A stretch of DNA of 64,000 nucleotides from assembly GCA_951406725.2 (NCBI GenBank), contig OX597835.1, forward strand, positions 21,824,001 through 21,888,000, written 5' to 3'. The notes under the pieces were generated by a model, which saw nothing but the letters and a program-made list of their open reading frames with translations, searched no databases and was not told where the DNA came from. The stretch is from Octopus vulgaris (taxonomy: Eukaryota). Below are positions 11,993 through 24,146 of this stretch, piece by piece. Every line of letters begins with the position of its first letter. Position 1 is the stretch's first letter. Both the position numbers and the translations under genes were made by a program.

Positions 11993-13123
11993 GGGCATAC
12001 CCTACACAAGTGTGCCACCACTCCGACTTTGTTTCCTCGTAACTTCCAGAAAAATGGATTATTTTTTAATGAAATTTTCTACAAATACTCTTCAGGTTGT
12101 GTAGATTCCGATTACATTGGAATTTGTTGTGAAAAATAAATTTCCGCGTATGGGTGGGGTGAAGGGTTTCGGAAAATTCACACGAATTGGACTTGTTTCT
12201 CTATAACTTTCAGGAGAATAGGTACCTTCTTTTTAATCAATTTTTTTTTTACTCAATACCTTTCAGAGGGTGTAGATTTACGATTATATCGGAATTTAAA
12301 ATGAGATGGGGGGAAAAAAATGAACAGACGCAGAGACACATCACAATAAAAGACATTTATCATAATTTCTGTATTTTCTCACATATAAATTTCTCACGAA
12401 GCAGAGAAACAGGGTGGTTTCGATTCTCAGTTGGAAATTCTGTTAACTTGAATAGTTTGCTAACGGCACGACGTGTCTTTGTCTCTTTGTCGGCGATTTA
12501 TTTGTCAAAGTAATTTTTTTTTTATTCATTTAAAAAAAAATTATCGATTGATACCATTTTTATTTTCATATATCTTTATATATAAAAGTGAAGTTGTGTG
12601 TCTGTCTCCTACGATTTAGATTCCTAACTACTCCCACATTTTACTCCACATTTCCCTTACAAACCCGAGCAACGCCGGGCGATACTGCTAGTAACATATA
12701 AACACGTACATTTTTTAGAAAATTGTCATTTTATAAGATTTTGCTGGAAAATTTTTAATTAATATAAACAATTATTTTCAAATCTTTCTGTTAAAACTAT
12801 TCAAACCATTTGTGGGGAATTTCTTTTTTTATCATAATCGCAATCTACACACTTTGAAAGGTTTTTGTTGAAAATTTCATTGAAAAATATCCATTTTTCT
12901 GAAAGTTATAATGGAAACAAAGCTGACTTGTGTGAATTTTCCGAAACTCCTCTCCCCACGCACGGAATTTTTTTTTTTTTTTACAACAAATTTCTGTATA
13001 ATCGGAATCTACACCATCTGAATCACATTTGTAGATAATTTCACTAATAAAAAATACCTTTTCTGTAAGTTATAAGGAAATAAAGTTGAGTGGGGGGGGG
13101 GGGCACGCTTATGTGGGTATACC
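11993..13123. mobile_element. Foldback-like element with long modular TIRs
   Basis: More than 200-bp imperfect inverted arms and a (C)CAGTCAA duplication on both sides. It splits a decayed family-C SINE. Fragments occur at about 2900-2990, 21243-21420 and 47500-47550. Confidence 0.7.
12573..12691 (+). mobile_element. Internally deleted Helitron, copy 3
   Basis: TCTTTATATATAAAAG...CCCGAGCAACGCCGGG..CTAG inserted in A|T. Confidence 0.85.
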
Positions 13124-13303
13124 CCAGTCAAATACTAGTGATTTATTTAATTGGCTAAAACCCTCTCCTCAAAACTGCTTTTCTTAGATCTGAATTAGAA
13201 GCAATACCAGTGAAAGATGAGGGACCGAGAGCAAAGAATCCTAAATTCATTTTGTCAGGAAAACTTTACTGAAGTTTGTTGCCCGCTAAAACTAATACCA
13301 CGG

Positions 13304-13625
13304 GGCGATCCTTCTAAGATGGTATATCAAAAGTGAAACTATTTGTTCGGCAATTTCCGTAAAAAATTTTTATTTCTTTAATTTTTCCCTTATGTTTTTG
13401 TATTTTTGTTTATGTATCTATGTGTTTATATAGGCATATATTTGTGTCTGCAAGTATATGTATGTTTATGTGTATGTATACATATACTTACATACACGTA
13501 AACACATACATACACATAAAATACATAAGCGATTCGGCTGAAAAAAAATTAAAGAAATAAATTTTTTTACGGAAATTGCCGAAAAAATAGTTTCACTTTT
13601 GATAAACCAGCTCCGATTGATCACC
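13304..13625. mobile_element. MITE with GGCGATC-type TIR
   Basis: ~75-bp inverted arms (ATCAAAAGTGAAACTATTT.TTCGGCAATTTCCGTAAAAAA). Confidence 0.75.
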
Positions 13626-13819
13626 AATTATTGATTACTATAAGACATTTTCAAGTGGTAGAATTCTCTGAAAACAGTTATCCTTTATGTAAACACTAAG
13701 AACTTTTCTCTCGTTTCATAACCTATTAACGTTCTAGGAAGGAAAAGAAAAAAATTCGTTCTAGGAAGGAAAAGAAAAAAATTCATTCCATGAATTTTCT
13801 TCAGGATGTAACAATTTCC

Positions 13820-14244
13820 GGCGATCTTTCGTCTCTAGTAGACCTTTTCGTCGATTTCCGTAAAAAAATTATTTTTTTTTACATATGGGCTTGCGGGAAC
13901 TTTTGAAGTAATATACATACATATACACATACACCGAGTAAAAAATTTCAGTTATCTCTTTCTTTCACACATTACTCTGTCTCTTCACACACACTAACAG
14001 AAGCACTTCACTTACACAACATACTGTCTGTCTCCCACACCCCATCAAACACACACACACACACGTACATCAATGCTTTCCCTGGACGGTAACTTCAAAA
14101 GAACTTCCCTCGTCATACAATCGCTTTCTCTTAGTCTCTTTCGCTCTCATTACTTCAAAAGTTCCCGCAAGCCCATATGTAAAAAATAAAAGGTTTTTAC
14201 GGAAATCATCGACGGAAACGTGCTACTACAAACGAAAGATCGCC
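13820..14244. mobile_element. MITE (GGCGATCTTTCGT...ACGAAAGATCGCC) flanked by a 147-bp direct duplication
   Basis: ~90-bp TIRs. The flanks 13646-13819 and 14245-14391 are direct copies. Confidence 0.8.
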
Positions 14245-14912
14245 CATTTTCATGTGGTAGAATTCTCTGAAAACAGTTATCCTTTATGTAAACACTAAGG
14301 ACTTTTCTCTCGTTTCATAAACTATTAACGTTCTAGGAAGGAAAAGAAAAAAATTCATTCCAGGAATTTTCTTCAGGATGTAACTATTTCCATCTTTAAT
14401 GAAATGTCTCACTTTGTAAAATACTTAATAAGTCACTGGCAATACTATACTGACGATTTCTAAAATGAAGGAAGTAGTACTATACAGGGTTACTAGGAAA
14501 ATTACGAACTTTATAAGTAAACAAATGAAATCTCTGCGTCTTTTTCCTAAAAATTCCTTAACTTGTAGAAATGATTATCTCCCTTGCAACAACTGCGATC
14601 ACTATTGTGACGTAAGAGAAGTTTATACACACACATGCACTTACATACAGACCTACATACACAAACACACATTGAAACACACACGTATACACTAACCCTC
14701 TCAAACGCACGTGCATCCACACTGAAACATATGTACACACACACACACGTGCGCGAAGAAATAATTGAAAGAGTGGCGGGGAGGTGGGTGAGCCAAACTG
14801 AACAGATCCGTGAATTAAAATGTCAAGCAACGAATTTGGAGATTGTTTGGTTGTTATGAACATCAGGAAGATGTTAGATTAACTGTTTTATTTATACAGG
14901 ACGGTAGTGCCT

Positions 14913-15280
14913 ACATGATGATGGCAATCCCTCAAGGTCGAGGATGATGGTCTTCGCGCAAATTTACTGGTGAGTCCGTAGGTGACCGATAAGGCCAATT
15001 CTTGCTTGAGAAGATCGGTCACAGTGCGGACATCTAGTGCTGGAAAGGAGAGTCGCACGTGGTTGTTGTTGGCGCTCCTTCCGTCGTCGTCTTTTCTCCT
15101 CCAGCTCTGCAGACCTTTTCGACTCGAAAGTCGCCGTTCCCTCATGGATGGTGGTTTTCCAGAGTGGTCTGCTTTTTGCCGTTTCCTCCCAGTTAGTGAA
15201 GTCGATGTCACACTTTTTGAGGTTCGTTTTCAGGGAGTCCTTGTAGCGTTTCTTCTGGCCTCCTTTTGTACGCTTGCCTA
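14913..15280 (-). mobile_element. RTE-clade LINE 3' end with C2H2-like finger
   Basis: GKRTKGGQKKRYKDSLKTNLKKCDIDFTNWEETAKSRPLW...CPHCDRSSQARIGLIGHLRTHQ* followed by a (CAT)n tail. Confidence 0.85.
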
Positions 15281-15314
15281 CATAGAAGGTACGTCACATT
15301 GGTACCTCGGAGCT

Positions 15315-15549
15315 TAAGGCGGCGAGCTGGCAGAATCGTTAGCACACCGGGCGAAATGCTTAGCGGTATTTCGTCCGTCTTCATGTTCTGAGTTCAAATT
15401 CCGCTGAGGTCGACTTTACCTCTCATCCATTCGGGGTCGAGTAAATAAGTACCAGTTACGCACTGGAGTCGATGTAATCGACTTAATCTGTTTGTCCCTT
15501 GTTTGTCCTCTCTGTGTTTAGCCCCTTGTGGGTAGTAAAGAAATAGGTA
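15315..15549 (+). mobile_element. SINE family C, full length
   Basis: Head AAGGCGGCGAGCTGGCAGAA, B-box GAGTTCAAATTCC and TSD GGTACCTCGGAG. Confidence 0.9.
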
Positions 15550-15950
15550 CCTCGGAGTGGTGTCTAGATGGTGTAAGGAGGGGGAAGAAGAGAAGGAGGA
15601 AGAGAATAGAAAGATAAAGAAAGCGGGAGGAGAAAGATGAAATAGAGAGGAGGATAAGAAGGCAGGAGGTAAAAGATGAGGAAAGGAGAAGCTAATGGAG
15701 AGGAGGGGAAAGCGAGAAGGAGGAGGAGGCGGAGAGGACATCTGCAAGCAACGAACCGGAGAGGAGGAAGAAAAAAAGAAAAAAATATGAAGGGGAAGGA
15801 GAAAACAATTAAAAAGAGAGGGAGGGTGGATGGCTAGAAGAAGAAGAAGAAGAAGAAGAAGGGGAGGCGAAGAAGAAAGCTGAGAATGAGAAGTTGAGGA
15901 GATTAGAAAATGTCAAAGCAATAATAAAAAGCAAGATTATGTTAAACAGT

Positions 15951-16293
15951 GGCGCAGGAGTGGCTGTGTGGTAAGTAGCTTGCTTACCAACCACATGGTT
16001 CCGGGTTCAGTCCCACTGCGTGGCACCTTGGGCAAGTGTCTTCTACTATAGCCTCGGGCCGACCAAAGCCTTGTGAGTGGATTTGGTAGACGGAAACTGA
16101 AAGAAGCCCGTCGTATATATGTATACAACTGATGCTGGTGTGTTTACGTCCCCCGTCACTTAGCGGTTCGGCAAAAAGAGACCGATAGAATAAGTACTGG
16201 GCTTACAAAGAATAAGTCCCGGGGTCGAGTTGCTCAATTAAAGGCGGTGCTCCAGCATGGCCGCAATCAAATGACTGAAACAAGTAAAAGAGT
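15951..16293 (+). mobile_element. tRNA-derived SINE family A (head GGCGCAGGAGTGGCTGTGTGGTAAG; tail TGACTGAAACAAGTAAAAGAGT)
   Basis: A/B boxes and a CCTTGGGCAAGT CORE-like motif. About 20 copies or fragments are in the window. Confidence 0.9.
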
Positions 16294-16563
16294 GGTGGGC
16301 AGCGGCCTGTCTTGGGTCGGCAGGGGTGAAATAGAGCCTATTTATAGACACCTGTCGGTCAGATGCCTGTTGGGTGAAAAATAATCGCATTTTTTTTTCT
16401 ATCTTTTGTTTCACGCATTAGACTGTGGCCATGCTGGGACACTACCTTGAAGAATGTAGTCGAACAGGTCGACCCCTCCTCCCACACACACAGAGGACTT
16501 CTTATGGATTTTAAAGTCAGATACCTCTTTTTGTCGAACCGCTAAGTTATTAGGACATAAACA

Positions 16564-16976
16564 GGATCTTTTCGGTTTGAACGGCAGTTTTTTCTAGCAG
16601 TGTCATATGAAATTGTCACCCATAATTATGGCCCTAGTATCGATCTATTGCATTTCAATCTATTTTAGGGTTAGGGGTGGGGGGAAGGGTATCTTTTTTT
16701 TTTTCTTCAGAAATGTAAATAAACCCAATCTGTTTCTTAAACGAGGGACATATTAATACGGCACAGAATGTTTTCACCTCAATAGACGCCATTGATTGGT
16801 TGAAATTGCAGAAATTGAAGTAAAAAACAACAAATATCTTACAAACTATAGAATTTTCTGAATAAAACCAAGAGAAAAAGATGTTTTATAAACATATTCT
16901 ACCAGTATACAAAGTTTAGAATTTTTTAGTTACCTAGAAATTATGTTAAAAACTGCCGTTCAAACCGAAAAGATCC
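16564..16976. mobile_element. Merlin-like MITE, copy 2, inserted in a family-A SINE
   Basis: Same TIR as 4393-4809, with exact 8-bp TSD CATAAACA. Confidence 0.9.
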
Positions 16977-17123
16977 CATAAACAAACCAATACTGGTTGT
17001 CAAGCGTTGGTGGGGAACAAACACAAACAGATACCAACAGATGAATAGCTATATATAAATTTTTTTTCGTAATGAGATAAAAAAAAACTGAGGCTGTGTA
17101 GATTTTACAACATTTATAGATAG

Positions 17124-17171
17124 GTCATACATCTGTTTCCAGGATATTTAATATATCCCTTCATCGGAGAC
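17124..17171 (-). ncRNA. Hammerhead-like motif, CCGAUGA core, slightly decayed
   Basis: Minus strand: GTCT CCGATGA A GGGATAT-attaa-ATATCCT g GAA ACAGATGT A TGAC. Confidence 0.5.
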
Positions 17172-17307
17172 GCTGTGAGAAAATGGTTAAACTTAACTAC
17201 GGTCTATCTATAGCACTTATTCAGCTTTACCTGACACCTTTGGGTCTCAATGACGCCATTACCTATCATAACCTCCTATATATATATATGTGTGTATATA
17301 TATATAG

Positions 17308-17492
17308 GGAGTGTTTACGAAAAAAAGAAAAGACGAAGACAGGTGGTGTACCAAACAAATAGATGTATTAGTATAACGCTCAGGAATAGAAAAAGTCTTT
17401 TGCGTTTCGAGCCTACGCTCTTCTACAGAAAGGGACACAGAAAAAACAAGAAGAGAAAAAAATGTGTGTAGTGGCTAACGATCTATCATGGC

Positions 17493-17544
<52 letters not shown>

Positions 17545-17891
17545 TCTTTACTCTTTAACTTGTTTCAGTCATTTGACTGCGGCCATGCTGGAGCACCACC
17601 TTTAGTCGAGCAAATATATATATGTAGTTTTTATCCATTTAAAAGACGAAAAGAAAACGGAAATTAGGAATTTAATTGTTTAATAGCGAAGATAGCCAGT
17701 TTGCTGTTAATAATAAGCAATTATTAACTTCCTAATCTCCGCTTTCACTTCTTTTAAATGGATATATACTATATGTTTTTATATATATACCTATTATTTT
17801 AAGGAAATTCATTCCTCAAAATACTAGGTATTGAATCAGTATTTCCTTGGGTGAAACCATCCTTTCATGAGGTTAACATATCCCCTAATTA

Positions 17892-17944
<53 letters not shown>

Positions 17945-18092
17945 ATAATATGTTACATTACTCGATAGTCAAGATAAAACTCAGAGTTTTATCTTGACTA
18001 CCGAGTAATGTAACATATTATTTTATAGATAAATTTCCTCTATTTACATAATATTGAGGTCTCTTTCTTTCTTTTGTTATCTTACCGTTTTA

Positions 18093-18135
<43 letters not shown>

Positions 18136-18290
18136 TTGTTTCTCTCCTTGTTTTTTCTGTGTCCCTTTCTGTAGAAGAGCATAGGCTCGAAACGTAAAAG
18201 ACTTTTTCTATTCCTGAGCGTTATACTAATACATCTGTTTGTTTTCTACACCATCTGCCTTGGTCTTTTGTTTTTTTCGTAAACTCTCCC
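17308..18290. mobile_element. Inverted pair of ~150-bp (TA)n-embedded elements, each with a minimal hammerhead-like motif (17397-17432 -, 18165-18200 +)
   Basis: CTTT CTGTAGA A GAGC-atag-GCTC GAA ACGT A AAAG. Further copies lie at 44608-44643 (-) and 46010-46045 (-). Confidence 0.6.
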
Positions 18291-18559
18291 TATATATATA
18301 TACTACCTTAAAGGTCGCCCTATCGGAGTGCTCTTCATTGGGTCATGAGCCCAATAATGACACTTCATTCATTGAGTACATATTAAATTTTATCAAACTT
18401 CACCAATATTTTTCAAGCAATGAACAATTTTCGTCAAAACAATGATATAATAAGTGGACTTGGAACTTATTGCAAAGCTTCATGATAAACAACATTTTTT
18501 GTCTTCCCATTCGGGGGTGGGGGTCAGTACAGTTTTTTTTTCTGTTGAACCTCCTTTCT

Positions 18560-18610
<51 letters not shown>

Positions 18611-19105
18611 CTCTCTCTCTCTCTCTCGCTCTTTCTGTTGATTGTTTTCAACCACGACCAGTATAACCAACATCGCCACACAACAGCCATACACACCATT
18701 CAGACTTTTGACGCCACCACCATCAACACCTTTGACTTCGCTGTCTTCCCTTCCACCACCATCACCACTGTCTTTCCCAATCCTTACTATCACCGTCATG
18801 CTTGACCGCCTCAGCAACCACCACCACCATCACCACCATCATCATCATCGTTGTCTCCACCTCTATCACAATCACCCCTTTACCATCTCACCTGTCAATC
18901 TACTACCGCTCTCACCGTCTCTGTGACTACTATTACTCTCACCTCAGCAAGAGGAGTAGAAGTGTCGTTGAATAGTGAGAGAGGGTGTCAAAGAGTGACA
19001 TACTAACACAGAAATTCCTTTTGGCATTTATTATTTTAGCTGACCATCCCGAAATACAATATCTGTTTCAATACACTATTTCACAACAGGAATCTTATTG
19101 ATATA

Positions 19106-19404
19106 TCTTTATATATAAAAGTCAAGTTGTGTGTCTGTCTCCTACGATTTAGATTCCTAACTACTCCCACATTTTGCGGTGCAGTTTAACCAAAAGCGGG
19201 TATCTTATAGTCGTGATTCATATCGAGCCCTTCTGGGTATTAGCGAGCGTCTACGATGAGTCTACGATTAAAAAAAAAATTTACCATAATTTTTTCCCAT
19301 TTTTAATGCATTTTTTTGCTATTATATAAGGGAAGTAACTCTCTAAAAATGCTTATATAGTTATTTCCCTTACAAACCCGAGCAACGCCGGGCGATACAG
19401 CTAG
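19106..19404 (+). mobile_element. Non-autonomous Helitron, copy 4
   Basis: TC start, hairpin and CTAG end, inserted in A|T. Confidence 0.88.
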
Positions 19405-19643
19405 TTATTCTATATATATATTCGGGGTAACCAGATCCAGCTGTCTCAAGTGTAACTGCCCGAAACAGTAAGGACTTCTGGTAACTTAACTGGGGAAGGA
19501 GGCCACAAATGACCCGTCTTTTTATTTTCCCAGTCCTGATTGTTGTTTCTCTGGTCCGTCTATGTATCATCTATCCGTCCGAATGTTTTATAGTCCTCTA
19601 TTGCGTTTTTTGTTCCATTATATAAATACACATACACACATAC

Positions 19644-19686
<43 letters not shown>

Positions 19687-19689
<3 letters not shown>

Positions 19690-19841
19690 TCATCATCATC
19701 ATCATCGTTTAACGTCTGCTTTCCATGCTAGCATGGGTTGGACGGTTCAACTGGGGTCTGGGGAGCCCGAAGGCTGCACCAAGCCAGTCAGATCTGGCAG
19801 TGTTTCTACTGCTGGATGCCCTTCCTAACGCCAACCACTCC

Positions 19842-19843
<2 letters not shown>
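19687..19843 (-). mobile_element. Short RTE-associated 3'-tail element (GGAGTGGTTGGCGTTAGGAAGGGCATCCAG...(GAT)n)
   Basis: Copies at about 28385-28560, 32376-32560, 36715-36890, 42130-42290, 44746-44945, 47130-47320, 50590-50737, 57545-57720 and 59044-59368. Confidence 0.8.
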
Positions 19844-19929
<86 letters not shown>

Positions 19930-20058
19930 GATGGTGGTAGTTTACTCCTAGCAAATCATCTCTGACCAGGTAGGCCTATGGTCAGAGGCGTTTTGGGCCA
20001 AACCTCTTTTGCTAGGGTTTAAAGGAGTGAGAGGGATATATATATACACACACACACA

Positions 20059-20785
20059 CTAGCAGAGGTACCCGGCGTTGCTCGGGATTAAAATGGCATA
20101 GTTTATATATGATATATTACAATTATGTTGAAATGGGTGATATGGGAAAGTGCAGCATTGACAACAAAACATTTGTGGAACAAATGATGGGCTAATTCGA
20201 CTAAGCAACATGCTATGGGTCCGTTTGGAATATTTCAGGCCCTAACCTGTCATGGAAATTGGGAGTTGGGGTTATGTGATTTTTGAACGCACCGAAAAGG
20301 TGTCAGTGGATATACTCTCTTTTGCAGTAGTCAGCGCTGTGTCTAACACGGCCCATCATCTGAAATTCTAACACCTCCTTCGGATTTGTTGTCCTACATC
20401 ACTCATAAAGTGAATTTGAAGGAACTGTGGTTCATTTGTGAGTAACAGGGAACCAATGAGGTGATAGATTTGCCCTTGAACTTTGACATCGGTGTAAATT
20501 CATGTTTATCTATCTTCTTAGATGCACCAAACGATGTCATTTGAAATGCAGAGTCGTATCATCTGACATTGTTCAGGAAATCATTTGACAGGATGGAAGT
20601 GCCGGGTAAAATGCTTAGTGGCATTTCGTCCGCCCTTACGTTCTGAGTTCAAATTCCACCGAGGTCAACTTTGCCTTTCATCTTTTTGGGGGTCAATAAA
20701 TTCACTACCAGTGAAACACTGGGGTCGATGTAATCGACTAGTCCCCTCCCGCCAAATTTCAGGCCTTGTACCTTTAGGAGAAAGG

Positions 20786-20860
<75 letters not shown>

Positions 20861-21434
20861 AAATCAAGCATAAAATAGTGCGACTTATATTCAAGTAAAT
20901 ACGGCATTTCCAGGAAATTTCATTCCACCATTCCACCATTCCCCCCGATTCTGCCAATGTACAGCACAAAGTGGCGGGAGACAACGAACTTGACTCGTGC
21001 ATTTTTCTTTTTTCTTTCTTTCTTTTTTTCTCCCCCCTTTTTCTGGGAAATCCAGAAACATAAATAGAAGACATATGACTTGTAGGAGTGTTATATTAAT
21101 TGAGTACGGTTTTCGGCAAGTGTCATATGATAACAAAAGAGGTTTTCTCAAACATCTGAGTGCAGCCTCAAGTCAGAATCACATGATGACGTGCAGGAAA
21201 CAGTTTAAAGTGATAGGAATTGACACACTCGAAAGATATATAGGCATACCTACACAATCGTGCCCCTACCAACGCCTTTAATTCCAAATAACTTTTAGAA
21301 AATTTAACATTTTTCATTGAAATTTTCTATAAATACTTTATATGATTATATCGGAATTTTATGAGGAAAAAGTGGTGAAGACGAATATTTCATGCAACTC
21401 ATCTTTGTTTCCTGAGACAAATTAATGACGTAGA
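20059..21434 (-). mobile_element. Probable second-family Helitron, interrupted by a family-C SINE (20590-20790) and (ATT)n
   Basis: The 3' end is clear (CCCGAGCAACGCCGGG..CTAG on minus). The 5' TC end at 21434 is tentative. Confidence 0.5.
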
Positions 21435-21514
21435 TTAGTTATCTTTTTCTTTCGTTATTAGACTGTGGCCATGCTGGGGCACCACCTTCAAGAATTTTGT
21501 ACTTTTTTTTTTAA

Positions 21515-22089
21515 TACCTATTTCTTTACTACCCACAAGGGGCTAAACACAGAGGGGACAAACAAGGACAGACATAGGTATTAAGTCGATTACATCAACC
21601 CCAGTGCGTAACTGGTACTTAATTTATCGACCCCGAAAGGATGAAAGGCAAAGTCGACCTTGGCGGAATTTGAACTCACAACGTAATGCAGACGAAATAC
21701 CGCTAAGCATTTCGCCCGGCATGCTAACGATTCTGCCAGCTCGCCGCCTCTTTTTTTTTAATACCTGTTACTTATTCTGCCGGTCTATTTTTGCCGAATC
21801 ACTAAGTTACAAGGACATAAACACACCAACACCGGTTGTCACGTCGTGGTGGGGGACAAATACATACACACACACACACATATACCCTTTATTCTTTTGG
21901 TTGTGGCCATGCTGGAGCACCACCTTGAAGGGTTTTAGTCAAACAAATAGATCCCCAGGACATTTTTTTTTTTAAACCCTGTAACTTATTCTATCGGAGT
22001 CTTTTTGCCGAACCGCTAGTTTACAGAGACGTAAACACACCAACACCGGCTGTCAAGCGGCGATGATGGGAGGAACACTGAAACAAAGA

Positions 22090-22141
<52 letters not shown>

Positions 22142-22290
22142 CATATACGACGGGCTTCTTTCAAATCCATTCACAAGGCTTTGGTTGGCTCAAGGTTATA
22201 GCAGAAGACACTTGACCAAGGTTCTATGCAACTGGACTGAACCCAGAACCATGTGGTTGGGAAGCAAGCTTCTTACCACACAACTATGCC
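21515..22290 (-). mobile_element. Cluster of a family-C SINE (21515-21748) and nested family-A SINEs
   Basis: Sequence identity to other copies in the window. Confidence 0.85.
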
Positions 22291-23074
22291 TATACCATAT
22301 ATGACAGGCTTCTTTCAGTTTTCATCCATGCACACACACACACACACACACACACATACATATATCATGGGCTTCTTTGATCTTCCGTCTCCTAAATCCG
22401 CTCACATTTTGGTCAGCCCAAAGCCACAGCAGAGGACCTAGAACCGAGTGGTTGGGAAACAAACCTCTTACCACAGGGTTGGACGACCCTTTTCATTATA
22501 TTCATTGGACGCTTCCTGGCTCTCACAATCCCTCTCATTCCTTTAAACCCTAGCAAAAGAGGTTTGGCCCAAAACGCCTCTGACCATAGGCCTACCTGGT
22601 CTCAGAGATGATTTGCTGGGAGTAAACTACCACCATCACCACCACCACCACTACTACTACTACTGCTGCTGCTACTACTACTACTACTACTACTACTACT
22701 ATTGCTGCTTCTACTACTACCACTATGGTTGCTGCAATAACTGCCTGTCTAACTGCTATAAACTTAGGCACCTCTGCTCTAACAAGTTTATCTTGTAATC
22801 TTCGTTAGTTAAAATATCATTATGCTAACTCAAAGATTAATTAAACCAGGAAGTTTAATTCTGTTACCAGTAGTTTAGACGCAAAAATTAATATCTTTCT
22901 TAATCAAATTTTGTGTGTGTGTGTGTATGTATCCACATACATACATACATGCATACATACATACATATTTACATATATATGATGATATATATATAAGTAG
23001 GTCCAGATCAAAAATTATTACATATATATATGTAGATATATACACACAATATATTTATATTTGTGCATGTCTGA

Positions 23075-23410
23075 GACCCCCTTCGGTCATGACACAGACC
23101 ATGGGATTGAACCTAGAAAGTTACCCTCCCAGGCACAAGTCCGGGCAAGGTTGTTTATGGAAGACCAACAGTCGCCCATGTATACCAGCCTCCCCTCTCC
23201 ACGCCACCAGTATTATCCAAGGGAATGGCAAGGGCTGATCCGGCTTGGTACCTGTGACGTCGCAACTCATTTCTACAGCTGAGTGAACTGGAGCAACGTG
23301 AAATAAAGTGTCTTGCTCAAGAACACAACACGCAGCCCAGTCCGGGATTCGAGCTCACAACCTCACGATAGTAAGGTCGACGCTCTAACTACTGAGCCAT
23401 GCGCCTTCAC
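23075..23410 (-). mobile_element. tRNA-derived CORE-type SINE family D
   Basis: Head GTGAAGGCGCATGGCTCAGT and core GTGTTCTTGAGCAAGACACTTTATTTCACGTTGCTCCAGTTCACTCAGCTGTAGAAATGAG. Copies at 42738-42930 (+) and 45320-45625 (-). Confidence 0.85.
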
Positions 23411-23422
23411 TATTTGTGCATT

Positions 23423-23516
<94 letters not shown>

Positions 23517-23629
23517 GGTCCCGGGTTGAGTCGGGGTTAACCACAGTAAATAAGGTACTCAATACATAGCAGAGTAAATAATTTATTTTATAGAAGGAGC
23601 TATGTTTCATTCAAAAGAAATCATCAGGA

Positions 23630-23680
23630 AGCTTCCTGATGATTTCTTTTGAATGAAACAGTTCTAGTCCTGTAGAAGCT
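23630..23680 (+). ncRNA. Type-I hammerhead ribozyme motif (canonical CUGAUGA/GAAA, GUA site)
   Basis: AGCTTC CTGATGA T TTC-tttt-GAA T GAA ACAG-ttctagtc-CTGT A GAAGCT, inside the (TA)n-flanked element 23513-23698. Confidence 0.7.
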
Positions 23681-23693
23681 CCTTCTATAAAAT

Positions 23694-23735
<42 letters not shown>

Positions 23736-24099
23736 AGATTCAGATGAATTAGGTACTTAAGTTAAGGCATCAAAAATTAGTGTGGTGTTCTCTGTACAAT
23801 TTCAAAATAAGGTGAATAAAATCAAAATAAGCAACAAGACATCCAGAGGTGATGCAGTACCTTTTATTTATTATTTTGCACATTACTTAATCATCGGTAT
23901 ATTATTGTTAGTTTATATTTAATATTTCTATTATATGTAATTTTCTAGATGGTGTAATTTAATTGTTCATTTTGAATTGATAAAAGGTGTTTTTTTCTAA
24001 TTTTATATATATATATATATTATATTTTGTGAAGTTTGATTTAGTATTTCTAAATTGAATTTTTCCCTGTAAGTTAGGAATAATATTCCCTCAAATTAC

Positions 24100-24143
<44 letters not shown>

Positions 24144-24146
<3 letters not shown>

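Noticed and set aside
19423-19475. Hammerhead 3' half GGGTA...TGCCCGAAACAGTAAGG
   Set aside because: The 5' core is missing (truncated next to a Helitron), so it is incomplete.
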